From assembly GCF_011386835.1 (NCBI RefSeq), contig NC_088793.1:104904001-104968000 (forward strand): 64,000 bases of DNA. Reading direction: 5' to 3'. The stretch comes from Chrysemys picta bellii (lineage: Eukaryota). Position numbers and translations under genes: made by a program. A model generated the notes under the pieces. It saw nothing but the letters and a program-made list of their open reading frames with translations. It did not search any database and was not told the origin of the DNA. This document shows positions 26,423 through 37,250 of this stretch, in pieces; positions within the stretch are counted from its first letter, which is position 1, and every line of letters starts with the position of its first letter.

Positions 26423-27459
26423 CAGGGCCGGCTCTAGGTTTCTTGCTGCCCCAAGCAAAAAAATTTTTGGCTGCCTCCCACCCCAGCGCTGGGCTCTCCC
26501 CCCCCCCACCCCCTGCCACCCCAACTCTGGGCTCTCCCCCCCCCCCGCACCCTCACCCCCTGCTGCCCCAACCCTGGGTTCTCCCCTTCACCCCACCTCA
26601 CCCGCACCCCCTGCTGCCCCAACCCTGGGCTCTCCCCTCCACCCCACCTCACCCGCACCCCCTGGCACCCCAATCCTGGGCTCTGCACCCCACCCGCACC
26701 CTCTGCTGCCCCAACCCTGGGCTTCCCCCCCCCCACCCACACCCCTTGCCACCCCAACTCTGGGCTCTCCCCCCCCTCACCCCACCCTACCTGCACCGCC
26801 TGCCGCCTGAGTGCTGGGCTTCCCCCCAAGAGTGCTGACTCCGCCCACTCCCCCCTCACCTCCAGCCGGTCCAACGCTGGCAAGGTTGGGGTAAGCAGCA
26901 GGGCTCCCGGGTCCCTCCAGCTGGGGCTCCCACCTCCAGGACCTGCCGGGACCTGGGAGGACAGAGCTGGGGGAACGCCCCGGCAGGGGGCTGAGAAGCC
27001 GGGGCAGGGCAGCCCCAGAGGGAGTGGAGCCCCGGAGAGCAGGACGCAGACCCCGCACGGCAGTGCCCCGCCCTCTATGGCCCTGCTGCTTCTGGCCACC
27101 CTGCCACAGTCCCTGGGTGGCTCGGCCCGCTTTGCCCAGCCCCGGCTGCGGCACTAGGGGGCAGCCGCCCTGCGGCACCTGCAGGCGGCTCCGTGTGCCC
27201 CAAGGGGTGGGCCCCCGCCCAAGTGTCCCCCGCTCGGAGCCCACCCGGCCATAAGGTGTGGGCGCTGCTCCCTGATGCGAACCGCAGCGGCCCCAGGGCG
27301 CCCCCGGTGCAGGATGCGCTGCTGCTGCCAGGGCCGGCTCTAGGCTTTTGCCACCAAAGCGCAAAAAAAAAAAAAAAAAGAGGCTGGCTGGAATGCCGCC
27401 CCTGAAAATGTGCCGCCCCAAGCACCTGCTTGGTTTGCTGGTGTCTGGAGCCTGCTCTG
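26423..27459. mobile_element. Composite non-autonomous hAT element
   Basis: Left TIR CAGGGCCGGCTCTAGG at 26423 and again at 27329, right TIR ending 27459. Perfect 8-bp TSD GTTTTGAC at 26415-26422 and 27460-27467. Confidence 0.92.
26480..26790. repeat. C-rich ~40-50 bp minisatellite inside the hAT element
   Basis: About 7 units, each beginning CCCCAAC(C/T)CTGGGCTCTCCCC. Confidence 0.85.
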
Positions 27460-29346
27460 GTTTTGACACTCACTCTTCCCTAGTCTTGGTCCACGAGAGC
27501 CTGAACCTTCTAAGTACACTGCAAAACCATCTTTTCCCAGAGGCTTTTTGGAGCGAAGAGAGAGACATCCACTTGGCAACAAATATTGATATTAAAGGGG
27601 TGAGAATGGCAGACAACCATTTGGGGTACAGGACAAACCAACGTTGAAAATGCACAGAGCAACAGCATACAGACAAAGGAGGAAAGAGGCCAAGGTGGAA
27701 GATAAAAGATGGGAGAAAGCAGTGGGGGAAAGGAGATGAGGTAAAATTGGAAGAGAATTTTAAAAACAGTAGACATGAGAAAATGGTGTTGGAGTGGATA
27801 GGATGGGTGAGACGGAAAGAGAAATATGAGGAATGGAGGAAGGAAATAATCTAGAAAAGATTCAATGCTGAGTGCAATTGGTGAAAACCTGGTCCCATTG
27901 AAGTCAATAGGAGTTTTGTCCTGGATGTGGCCAGGATTTCACCCACTGAACTAGCAGAGTCAAGTAAGGGGTAAGATGAAAATAGAGAAAAATAGGACAG
28001 AAGGAGAGGCAAATTACAAGAGACAAATCACCATGGGTGGGGCAGCCAAAGAATATAAAACACTGACATCAGAAACTGAGCCAATATCAGAATATTCGCT
28101 TGGTTGATGGAGCTGGTGGAAGCAAAGCTGCCAGGAATGAAGATCACTTGACTTGCATTCAACTTGAAGCTTCCAGAAATTTATGTTGTAAAAAATAAAC
28201 CATGTGAAAGCTGTTATAATTTATTTTTTGCTCATTATGTTCACACATACCTGTGTAACATCTTTACATTTTATTTCAAGGGCAAAAGTAACCTGTTTTC
28301 CCCTCCTGCAATTTCTCTCCATAGTTGGGTTTTGATGATTCTGCTTGTTTTCTCTTTTCTTTATTCTAACTAGTTACCTATTTTAATTCTGAAATATTAA
28401 TCTGAAAACCACACCCAGACCTTAATAGCTTCCTGGCTTCATACTCTGTATGAATTTTGCCCTGCACCTGGTCCACTTTAAGCAGCTATGATTCATATGT
28501 GACACTCTGGTGAATCTCTCTTCAGGGACTGGTCTAATAGAGGATAAAGAATCTATTACAGCTACCAGCAGTTACTCTTGGTTCAGGGATAAAGCCATGT
28601 GCTCTGGTGCTGAAGGTCCTGTAGTTCTATCCCTGCTGAGTGCAGGTTACACATGATGTGGGTTGGGGGATACTTGCAGACATACAAATTGAAGTTTGGT
28701 GGTTACTATTGTCTTTCTGTATCTTCCATTAAAAACCTTTGGCATCTCTGGTTTTACTATCACCTCTATTGACAATCTCTAAATATTGAGCTGGATTTGT
28801 AATTATTATTTATGTTGGGACACAAGTATAAAATCATATTGAAATGTAAAAGATGGATTTGGAAATTTCTCTAGTTGATGGCAAAGTCCTTGAGTCTCTG
28901 AATTGAAAATAAGAGATACTGAACTTCTTTTCTGCAGAATTTTCACATTCATGTAGAAGTGGTTTGGTTTGGTTTTTTTAATGCTAGTGAAATAAATCTT
29001 ACTTAATAAATTGTTTTAACACATTGTGGGCTCCAGTGTGTTAGGCACTGTAAAAGCCTATAAGGTTTATCCCTGGCCCCTAAAAGAGAAGACTAGTGAG
29101 CCCTTCATACTGATTTTGTTTTTAAATCCACCTTTGAGTTGATTGCATAGGATGACACTCACAACTGCAGGGGATGGGGCCTTCTATGTGATTGGTCTAT
29201 AGCAATGGAAACCACTTCCTCAAGATACTTGAATGACCACGGATCCTACCCCCTTTGGAACAAAATGTAAGAGTTGTACTAGTTTTCCTACCATGATTTC
29301 CCTGAAATCAATAAACAAAATCTCCCATACAATGCTTCACATGAAT

Positions 29347-29364
29347 GGGGGGGGGGGGGGGGGG
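29347..29364. repeat. G18 homopolymer
   Basis: Uninterrupted G run, directly visible. Confidence 0.9.
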
Positions 29365-29413
29365 AGGAGAAAGAGTAGACTTGATTTGGTGGTTGGTTTT
29401 TTTTTGTATGATT

Positions 29414-30067
29414 TGTGACAAAGTTCCTCCTCTATCTTGGTGGGTCCTGCACTTATTGGCAGATTTTCTTGCCTCAGAGATTCACCATGTGGGTTGGGGA
29501 AACAGTCCAGAGACCTTCCCCTCTGGAAGAACCCACAGTCCAGGTCAATTGGGAGGTTTGGGGGGAACCCAGGCCCACCCTCTACTCCAGGTTCCAACCC
29601 AGGGCCCTGTGGACTGCAGCTGTCTATAGTGCCTCCTGTAACAGTTGCATGACAGCTACAACTCCCTGGGCTACTTCCCCATGGCCTCCTCCAAACACCT
29701 TCCTTATTCTCACCACAGAACCTTCCTCCTGGTGTCTGATAACACTTGTGCTCCTCAGTCCTCCAGCACACCCTCTCATCTCCTTGCACCTCTTGCTCTC
29801 AGCTCCTCACACCACAAACTGAAGTGAGCTCCTTTTTAAAGCCCAGGTGCCCTGATTAGCCTGCCTTAATTGATTCTAGCAGCTTCTTCTTAATTGGCTC
29901 CAGGTGTCCTAATTAGCCTGCCTGCCTTAACTGGTTCTAGCAGGTTCCTGATTACTCTAGTGCAGCCCCTGCTCTGGTCACTCAGGGAACAGAAAACTAC
30001 TCATCCAGTGACCAGTATATTTGCCCTCTGCCAGACTCCTGTACCCCACTGGTCTGGGTCTGTCACA
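29414..30067 (-). mobile_element. Solo LTR (Gypsy/ERV type)
   Basis: Perfect TGTGACA/TGTCACA termini, probable 4-bp TSD GATT/CATT. CCAAT and TTTAAAAAG promoter-like motifs on the minus strand. Confidence 0.85.
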
Positions 30068-30331
30068 CATTACACACACAATATATGATGACAATTATAT
30101 TTAAAATGTCTGGATGGAGGGGTGTATGTTCTTGTTTAGAAAATATTAAATTGTAAAGACTTCTATCTCTTTAAGTAAAAGTAATGCACTTCTGTTATCA
30201 CCGACTTCCTTTCAGGCAAGTTTGTTTGAAAATAAGTTTTAAATCTCAATTGGGAGAACTATTGAACCCATGACAACAATTATGTAAAAGTTCCCTTTTG
30301 AAGTGAGAACCTGTTTTGTTTTTCCCTAAGC

Positions 30332-30503
30332 CAGGGCTGCCCAGAGGATTCAGGGGGCCTGGGGCAAAGCAATTTCGGGGGCCCCTTCCATTAAAAAAAA
30401 AGTTGCAATACTATAGAATACTATATTCTCGTGGGAGCCCCTGTGGGGCCCGGGGCCTGGGGCAAATTGCCCCACTTGCCCCCCCCCCCCTCGGGCGGCC
30501 CTG
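30332..30503. mobile_element. hAT MITE
   Basis: TIRs CAGGGCTGCCC / GGGCGGCCCTG, TSD CCCTAAGC/TCCCAAGC (6/8). Confidence 0.8.
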
Positions 30504-31589
30504 TCCCAAGCAGGACATCATTGCTGGCAATGGACATTGCAAACCCAATAGCCGTGAAGCATTAACGGGTGTTGACAAATGATCAGCCATCAGTCTCCTC
30601 CATGCACATTGAAGTGTTGTTTAAATTGCACAAGTTTAAGGGTAGCTACAATATTTCCCAGCTTCTGTTAAGTGCTATGGTAAGTCTTTAGAAGGTGTTC
30701 CTTGTGCACACACAACCTCTGTCGAAAGCAATAAGAATTCAGGATCAGGCCCATGTTATATAACAAATAAGTGAGCCATTACAATGAAATTGAAGACTAA
30801 CTTAGAGCCCTGAGTTCACCATTCCCTACTTGTCCAAATTCTGTCCTTTCTCATACATTTTTTGTAAATAAAAAGGAAATATAAACTCATTACTGTGTTT
30901 AAAATACAAAATAAAAGTTTATTTACCATGCACCACTAGCAAGAATATATTCTTACTGTTAGTGAATGAGACCTGGGCATGTATAGTTTCCAAAGGCTGA
31001 AAATTATAAAGTTCCATCACTTTTCCTGACCCCACTGATTATTGAAAAAGTAGGTGTTGGGTAGGGTAAAAGGTTAGAGCTTTCCACAGATTCAAGGTGA
31101 TCTATTTCTACTTCAATTAACATTCAAACCCTTATGGAAAATCTTCTTGACTACCTCCGATCATTCAAGAGAAAGGATGGGCTAACTTACTCCTACCAGA
31201 ATTTTCTTCAAATTGTAAAGCTTTGCTTTGGATAATTTGTGTAACCATCAATGTTCCCAATAAATATCTCTGAGATTGCCCTCTCTTTGAAGCGAGGCTA
31301 TTTACCACTTGTCTAGTGAAAACGATTTATCGTACTATATTCTGTATCCATCCCAGAGAACTGATGGTGGCCAAAGGATTAAATCCCTGTCCAATGAATG
31401 TCATTTACTAGATTATCTTCATGATTTCAAGGAGATAGAATTCAGCAGCATGTAAATTAGCTATACTAGTGGGGACACCATATGGCAACCCTTTATTGAC
31501 CATTTTTGAACCATAAATCTTACCAAGAGACATGTAATTAACAAAGCATAGGAAGCCGGAAATTAGGGGAGGAACTGTAGCTTAAAACA

Positions 31590-31911
31590 GGTTTCAGAGT
31601 AGCAGCTGTGTTAGTCTGTATCCGCAAAAAGAACAGGAGTACTTGTGGCACCTTAGAGACTAACAAATTTATTTGAGCATAAGCTTTTGTGAGCTACAGC
31701 CCATTTCATCCGATGCATAGAATGGAGCATATAGTAAGGAGATAGATTAGATAGATATGTATGTATATATATAACCCACCTTTTCATGTTCTCTGTATGT
31801 GTATATATATATCTCCTTACTATATACTCCATGAAATGGGCTGTAGCCCAGGAAAGCTTATGCTCAAATAAATTTGTTAGCCTCTAAGGTGCCACAAGTA
31901 CTCCTGTTTTT
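31590..31911. mobile_element. Penelope-like element remnant with inverted arms (second subfamily)
   Basis: Arms 31632-31744 and 31810-31908 are reverse complements (ACAGGAGTACTTGTGGCACCTTAGAG...). TGTAGCTT occurs on both flanks (31576, 31920) and may be a TSD. Confidence 0.85.
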
Positions 31912-33907
31912 GGTTTTTTTGTAGCTTGAGGGGTATGACTATCTGATGTGCTGACTCTTCCTAGAGAATGTAAAACTGCGAGTCAAGAGAAGGGTAATGC
32001 ATTTGATCCCACGTCCACTGAAGTTAATGGGGAGTCCGCTGATTTCCGTGTACTCTGGAGCAGAACCATTATGCGTGAACTTTTTCCTTGGGCTCCACTG
32101 GATAGTTTAAGGGCAGGCGTTTACTGCCCACCGCTGTAGTCTGTTTTCATTCAGGATCCTAGCGGGTGAACCTGTGTTGATGCCCTGAATTCTAAAAACT
32201 CGTGCAAACCAGCTTCCAGCCCATACACAGCAGCACGGCGAGCCTGCTTTTGGTGGGCTTGAATTAATGGTTTGGCTGATGGTGTCATAAAAACCATCTG
32301 ATTTAGTACTGAAGTGTATGGAGACCATGGGCAGTCAGAACTAGATTGTCAGTGTGATAATGCAATAGCGGATTAGATTTGACATCATCTGAGAAAATTC
32401 CTGATCTATTGTAACCAGCTGCTGATTTTCAACCGTCCGCGGATTAAAATGCACTGTTGGAAACAAATCTTTAATATGTTAAATTTACAGGAACTAAACT
32501 TAAGTTACTGCCGGGTCTGCGCCTTCCTGCTGATATGGTGCACATATTCTGCGCGTCTTTTATTAACGTTTTGTTTGATTTAAAAGGTCCGACTGTTAGG
32601 TTAGCCTGTGGCCTGTTCCTTCAGAAAATACTGCCTTGGGCGATTTTGAAAAACACTCAACGACCTTTACAAGACAAATTAATAAAATGTGCTTGGATCT
32701 GGTTAATTTTAGAAGACCGCTGTGCTTTTAAAAAGGGGGGGGGGGGCGGGAGGAACCTGCCTTCCACTTGCTTGGCTTTTACAGAGGGCAGGTAGCCCGT
32801 TTCTCCTGCACTTCCATAACACCCGGTTACAGATGTTTTGGGACTATAAAGTTAATCAGGTAACCAAGCTGCAACATGGTGCTGGGGAGGTGTGTTATGT
32901 CTGCACAGGGTGTAGCGGTTCCCTAACAGCTCGGGGAGATAATCCCCACCATGTGCAGTTCGCAGTTGCTCTTTCCAGCTTCCAGTGTCTGCTCGGGTAC
33001 TTTGCTCTAAAACCTCCGGACAGGACTTGCAGGGCATCTCTCTGATCTATGTCGAACCGCCGCAATTCAAGGCGGGCTAACAAAAAGCCCGAGATGGCGT
33101 TTCATAATGTTTTATTAGGTACTTAAAACTTTGTGTCAACAGCAATCACTTCTTCGGAAAACGCTTGGATTGCCGATGGGTTAACCCCTCCTGGCTGTAT
33201 GCCGATTACACGGAAATATAAATTGGAGGCGCTTGAGTCCAGGCAGAAGCGAGATTGGCATTTCCTTCGGAGCCCCCCTCCATCGCCCCCTCCCACACCC
33301 TTTTCAGTGTCACTTACTGAGTAGGGAGGGGAGACTCTGTTGGTGTAAATTAATTCCACGTGGACCCTTCTGTGGGTCGGGTTTTGGGGCGCAAAGAATG
33401 TTTGTGGGTGAGGAAATTGGGCGATTTCGTTGTTCCCCCAGATCCCACTCCCCCCGTTTAAAGGGCGGAGGGGTTAGAGCCTCAATCGCTTGCCCCGTGT
33501 GGATGGGACACTGTAAGGAGGAGGGGGCAGGCGCTGGTGCACCCCCCCTGGGCGAGTGTTAGCCCCTTACCTTTCAAGGTATTGGCTTAAAAAAAACCCC
33601 CACCCGGCCAGCAGTGTCTCATCCCCGGGGCCATGGAAGCGGTCAGGAAGGAGAATCAGCAAATGCAAGAAAAGGATCCCGCTGTAATTAAAGTAATGGG
33701 GAGTGCAGCGCGGGCACCCAGCCCCGCACGCGTCAGCAGGAACTCGGGCTCCTCTGGACAAGGGGTTTCCAAGGGCTGCGGAGAGATTCTCCATGGGATC
33801 CCCCCGCCCCCCAGATCAGCCCCTCCCCCGCCCTCCTGTCCCTTTGCTGCGAGCGAGCGGCGCTGGGATCAGTGTCACTTGGCCGGCCGGGGGACCCACA
33901 GAGCGGA

Positions 33908-33931
33908 GCTGCTGCTGCTGCTGCTGCTGCT
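33908..33931 (+). repeat. (GCT)8 trinucleotide repeat in the SLC35D3 5' leader
   Basis: 24-nt pure repeat ending 116 nt upstream of the ATG. Confidence 0.9.
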
Positions 33932-34046
33932 CCGGCGGCGGGAACCCGGCGGCGCCCAGGCATAACGGGGACCGCAGCCTCCCCCGCTCCCTCCCCCCGG
34001 CAGGTGCTGCTGGAGCCCGGGCGCAGCGGGCGCAGAGCGGGCTGCC

Positions 34047-34482
34047 ATGCGGCTGTGCCGGGGCCGCGCGCTGGGCATCGGGGTGGCGGTGGCCCACGGG
34101 CTCTTCTCGGGCTCGCTGAACATCCTGCTCAAGTTCCTCCTCAGCCGCTACCACTTCGCCTTCCTGACGCTGCTGCAGTGCCTGAGCAGCGCGGTGGCCG
34201 CCCTCAGCCTGGCGCTGCTGCGGCGCCTGGGGCTGGTGGCCCTGCCCCCCTTCGGGCTCAGCCTGGCGCGCCCCTTCGCGGCCGTGGCCGCGCTCTCCAC
34301 GCTGCAGTCCAGCCTCACCCTGTGGGCGCTGCGCGGGCTCAGCCTGCCCATGTACGTGGTGTTCAAGCGCTGCCTGCCCCTGGCCACCCTGCTGCTGGGC
34401 GTCCTGGTGCTCAAGAACGGCGGCCCCTCGGCCGGGGTGCTGGGCGCCGTGCTCGTCACCACCTGCGGGGCAGCGCTGGCAG
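34047..34482 (+). CDS. SLC35D3: SLC35D3 nucleotide-sugar transporter family member, coding exon 1
   Basis: GCTGCCATG start. MRLCRGRALGIGVAVAHGLFSGSLNILLKFLLSRYHF...TTCGAALA matches the SLC35D3 N-terminal half. Donor GCAG|GTGAG at 34482/34483 (phase 1). Confidence 0.97.
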
Positions 34483-36189
34483 GTGAGCCCGGCCCCGCCC
34501 CGGCCTCCTCTCGGCCGGTCCCTCTCCGCTGCCCTCCCTCAGCCCATCGCCCGCACCATCCCCCATCCCCATCGCCCCGTCCTCACCCCATCATCTTCCC
34601 TCCTATCCCCCCACCTCTCAGCCCATCGCCCCATCCACACCCACCTTCCCTCCGCCCCCACCCTCAGCCCATCGCCCCGTCACCAGCGCTGCTGTCCCTA
34701 CCCACCCCCATCCCATGCCCTCATCACCTCTCCTCCCGTCCCCACCAACCCTTCACCCCATTCCCGTTACCTCTTGTGCCATTCGGCCAACCCCTCACCC
34801 CATCCCTTCTCTCCCATCCCTGTTCCAACCTCTCCAATCCCCCCCATCCATCCTCATCTTCCTCTTGCAGACCCTCCTCCCCCAACACACTCCCACCCTG
34901 CCACTCCTGTCATCCTCCTCCCTCCCTGCCACTCCTTAGCCCCTCTCAGCCTTGTCACCCCCTCCTTCCTACCCCCCTTAGCTCACTCGCTCCGCGCTGA
35001 TCTCTCATCCCTGCTTCCCCCGCACATCGGCCCCTTTCCTCCCGCTCCCCTCTGAGCTTTCTTCCCTCGGCTTGGAATAGGTCAGTACGGGACTGTTATT
35101 CTGGGGGGCAAGAAGGTTAAATTGTTCCCGACTCTCTGTGGCTTGGGAGCAGCGATCCCTTTGTGCAGGGCAGGTCTGGTGAACAGGGGGTGGTTTCCAG
35201 CTCTTCCCTTTACCTGGGGCTACAGGGACCAGCGAGGAGTGTCCCGGTTATACTGGTGGGCTACATAGAAATAGGAGTTTTGAGAAGGCGATCACCCTTG
35301 TCCCTTCTCCCACCCACGAGTTCTGCGCCCTTGGGAGCTGCCTGGCTTCTCCTTGAGAGGCTGGGGTAGCTCGGAGGCTCCAGCAGGGAAGCCGGGGATC
35401 TGGAAAGGAGGCGGCAGCTGGAAGCTGCAACCGGGCATCAAGAGGGAAAGTCAAACTCTGCCCTCGGATCCTCACGCTTTATTTCCATTGGCCGCAACGG
35501 TGACATCCCTGTGTGGGTTCTGAAGGCAGAATCTGGCTCTGCTAGGGACATGGCAGCACACGGATTTATGAACTATCCATGGAACCGGAATGAAAAACAT
35601 ACGGTTCATTTTGCACTGAAACCAAACCTTGGGCTCCTTCTCTGGACGCCAGAAGCTTCCTGCTTTATTGGGGGGGAGGTAGGAAGGGCAGGATCTGGAG
35701 ACTGAACACCGAAAGCTAAATGGCACGTCCCCGCTGGTACTGAGCTCTGGGGATAGTTTGAGGCAGAGACAGCAATACAAAAATATTTTCCTGCTATGAT
35801 TATATATCAACTGAATGTTTCCTTTTTCTTCCTTCCTTCTCTCTTTCCTTCTCTCCTTCCTTACTTTCTTCCCTCCCCACCCCCCAAAAAGAGTGGATGC
35901 AAACTAATTTTGGCTCTGAGATAAAACTCTCTGGCTTGGTCAGATCTGGAGAATAATATGTTAAAGGGATGACTTTGAAATAAGGGAGAGAGAGATTTTG
36001 TCAGCTATTGGTCAGAAGATAGTGTAATTTAGGATAATAATCAGAAATCATCAGTAACATTCGTTTAAATGGATGTTGTCTCTCTGTTTGGTCTGAAATA
36101 ATGTCACAAATAAGAACATGGTTTGCCCTCCTTCTCATCTCTTTCTCTCTCTCTTGTAAATGCATTTTTCTTTCTGTCTCTTCTGGCAG

Positions 36190-37016
36190 GAGCTGGTGAC
36201 CTGACTGGTGACCCCGTAGGGTATGTGACAGGAGCACTGGCTGTGCTGGTACATGCTGCATATTTGGTGCTCATTCAAAAGACAAGTGCAGATAGTGACT
36301 ATGGACCCCTGACAGCCCAATATGCCATTGCTGTTTCGGCTACTCCTTTTCTCATTATCTGCTCCTTTGCCAGCATGGATTCCATCAACGTCTGGTCTTT
36401 CCCAGGCTGGAAGGACCCTGTCATGACATGCACTTTTATTGCTTGCATCTTGTTTGGCTGTGCCATGAACTTTACCACCCTTCACTGCACCTACATTAAC
36501 TCAGCTGTGACCACGAGCTTTGTTGGGGTGGTGAAGAGCATAGCAACCATCACAGTGGGGATGGTGGCATTCAATGATGTGGCGCCCACAAAGCTGTTTA
36601 TAGCAGGTGTAGTGGTCAATACCTTGGGCTCTCTCATTTATTGTGTGGTCAAGTACATTGAGACCAGACGGCAGAGCAACTATGAAGACCTGGAGAAAGA
36701 AGCTAGAGAGGAAGAGGAGAAGGGACATGCTGGAGGCCAACCACCATTTGTCATGGAGGAGATATCCAAGGAGAAAGGGACTGAAGAGACAGCTGTAAAG
36801 GAATCAGCAACTGGGGATAGTCAGTGTGTAGAGGAACAGAAGGACAGCACTGTGGAGACAGCAAAGGTGCCCATTGTCCTAAAAGAAGCTAGCACTGAAG
36901 AAGTTAACAAGAGCTCATTAAAAGAGGCCTACCTTGGAGTATGGAGGTTGGTTAGGGTGACTAATTATATAAAGAAAGATTATTTAATAGAAAATGAGGA
37001 GTTACCAACTCCCTGA
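36190..37016 (+). CDS. SLC35D3: SLC35D3 coding exon 2 (to stop)
   Basis: Pyrimidine tract 36121-36187 plus CAG acceptor. GAGDLTGDPVGYVTG...KKDYLIENEELPTP-stop matches SLC35D3. Spliced CDS is 436+827=1263 nt, 420 aa. Confidence 0.97.
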
Positions 37017-37160
37017 AAAGCAGAATTTTTAAAATATATTCCTGGTTGAGGACACATCTACTTGGTTCCTTGTGTAGGGAGGGAGACACAATGTACATTT
37101 TAAGCACCTTTATAGGGTTATACTTTATACTGTTGTAACAGTGTAACAACATCCATGCAA

Positions 37161-37250
37161 AGAGCTGTCCCACACTAATTATACTAGTATAAAATCACAA
37201 CCCTAACCGAAACAGTTAATTTGGTACACAATCTATGTGTAGAACAGGCC
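37161..37250. mobile_element. Degenerate Harbinger-type MITE in the SLC35D3 3'UTR
   Basis: Right end GTGTAGAACAGGCC followed by TTA. Left end GCTGTCCCACACT is degenerate. Confidence 0.5.

Larger units (their letters stand above)
33400..34560 (+). promoter_or_regulatory. CpG island / promoter and 5' leader of SLC35D3
   Basis: Very high GC and CpG density against a CpG-depleted background. GC box GGGCGGAG at 33463-33470, inverted CCAAT boxes at 33416 and 33581. Boundaries approximate. Confidence 0.85.

Noticed and set aside
26418-27776. Pro/Gly-rich ORFs up to 230 aa
   Set aside because: Translation of a minisatellite and GC-rich transposon interior.
34483-35000. 317-aa ORF 34047-35000 as a single-exon protein
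   Set aside because: Homology stops at the canonical GT donor. The read-through reflects C-rich intron composition.
36123-36189. N-terminal extension of the 297-aa ORF
   Set aside because: This is the polypyrimidine tract of the SLC35D3 intron.
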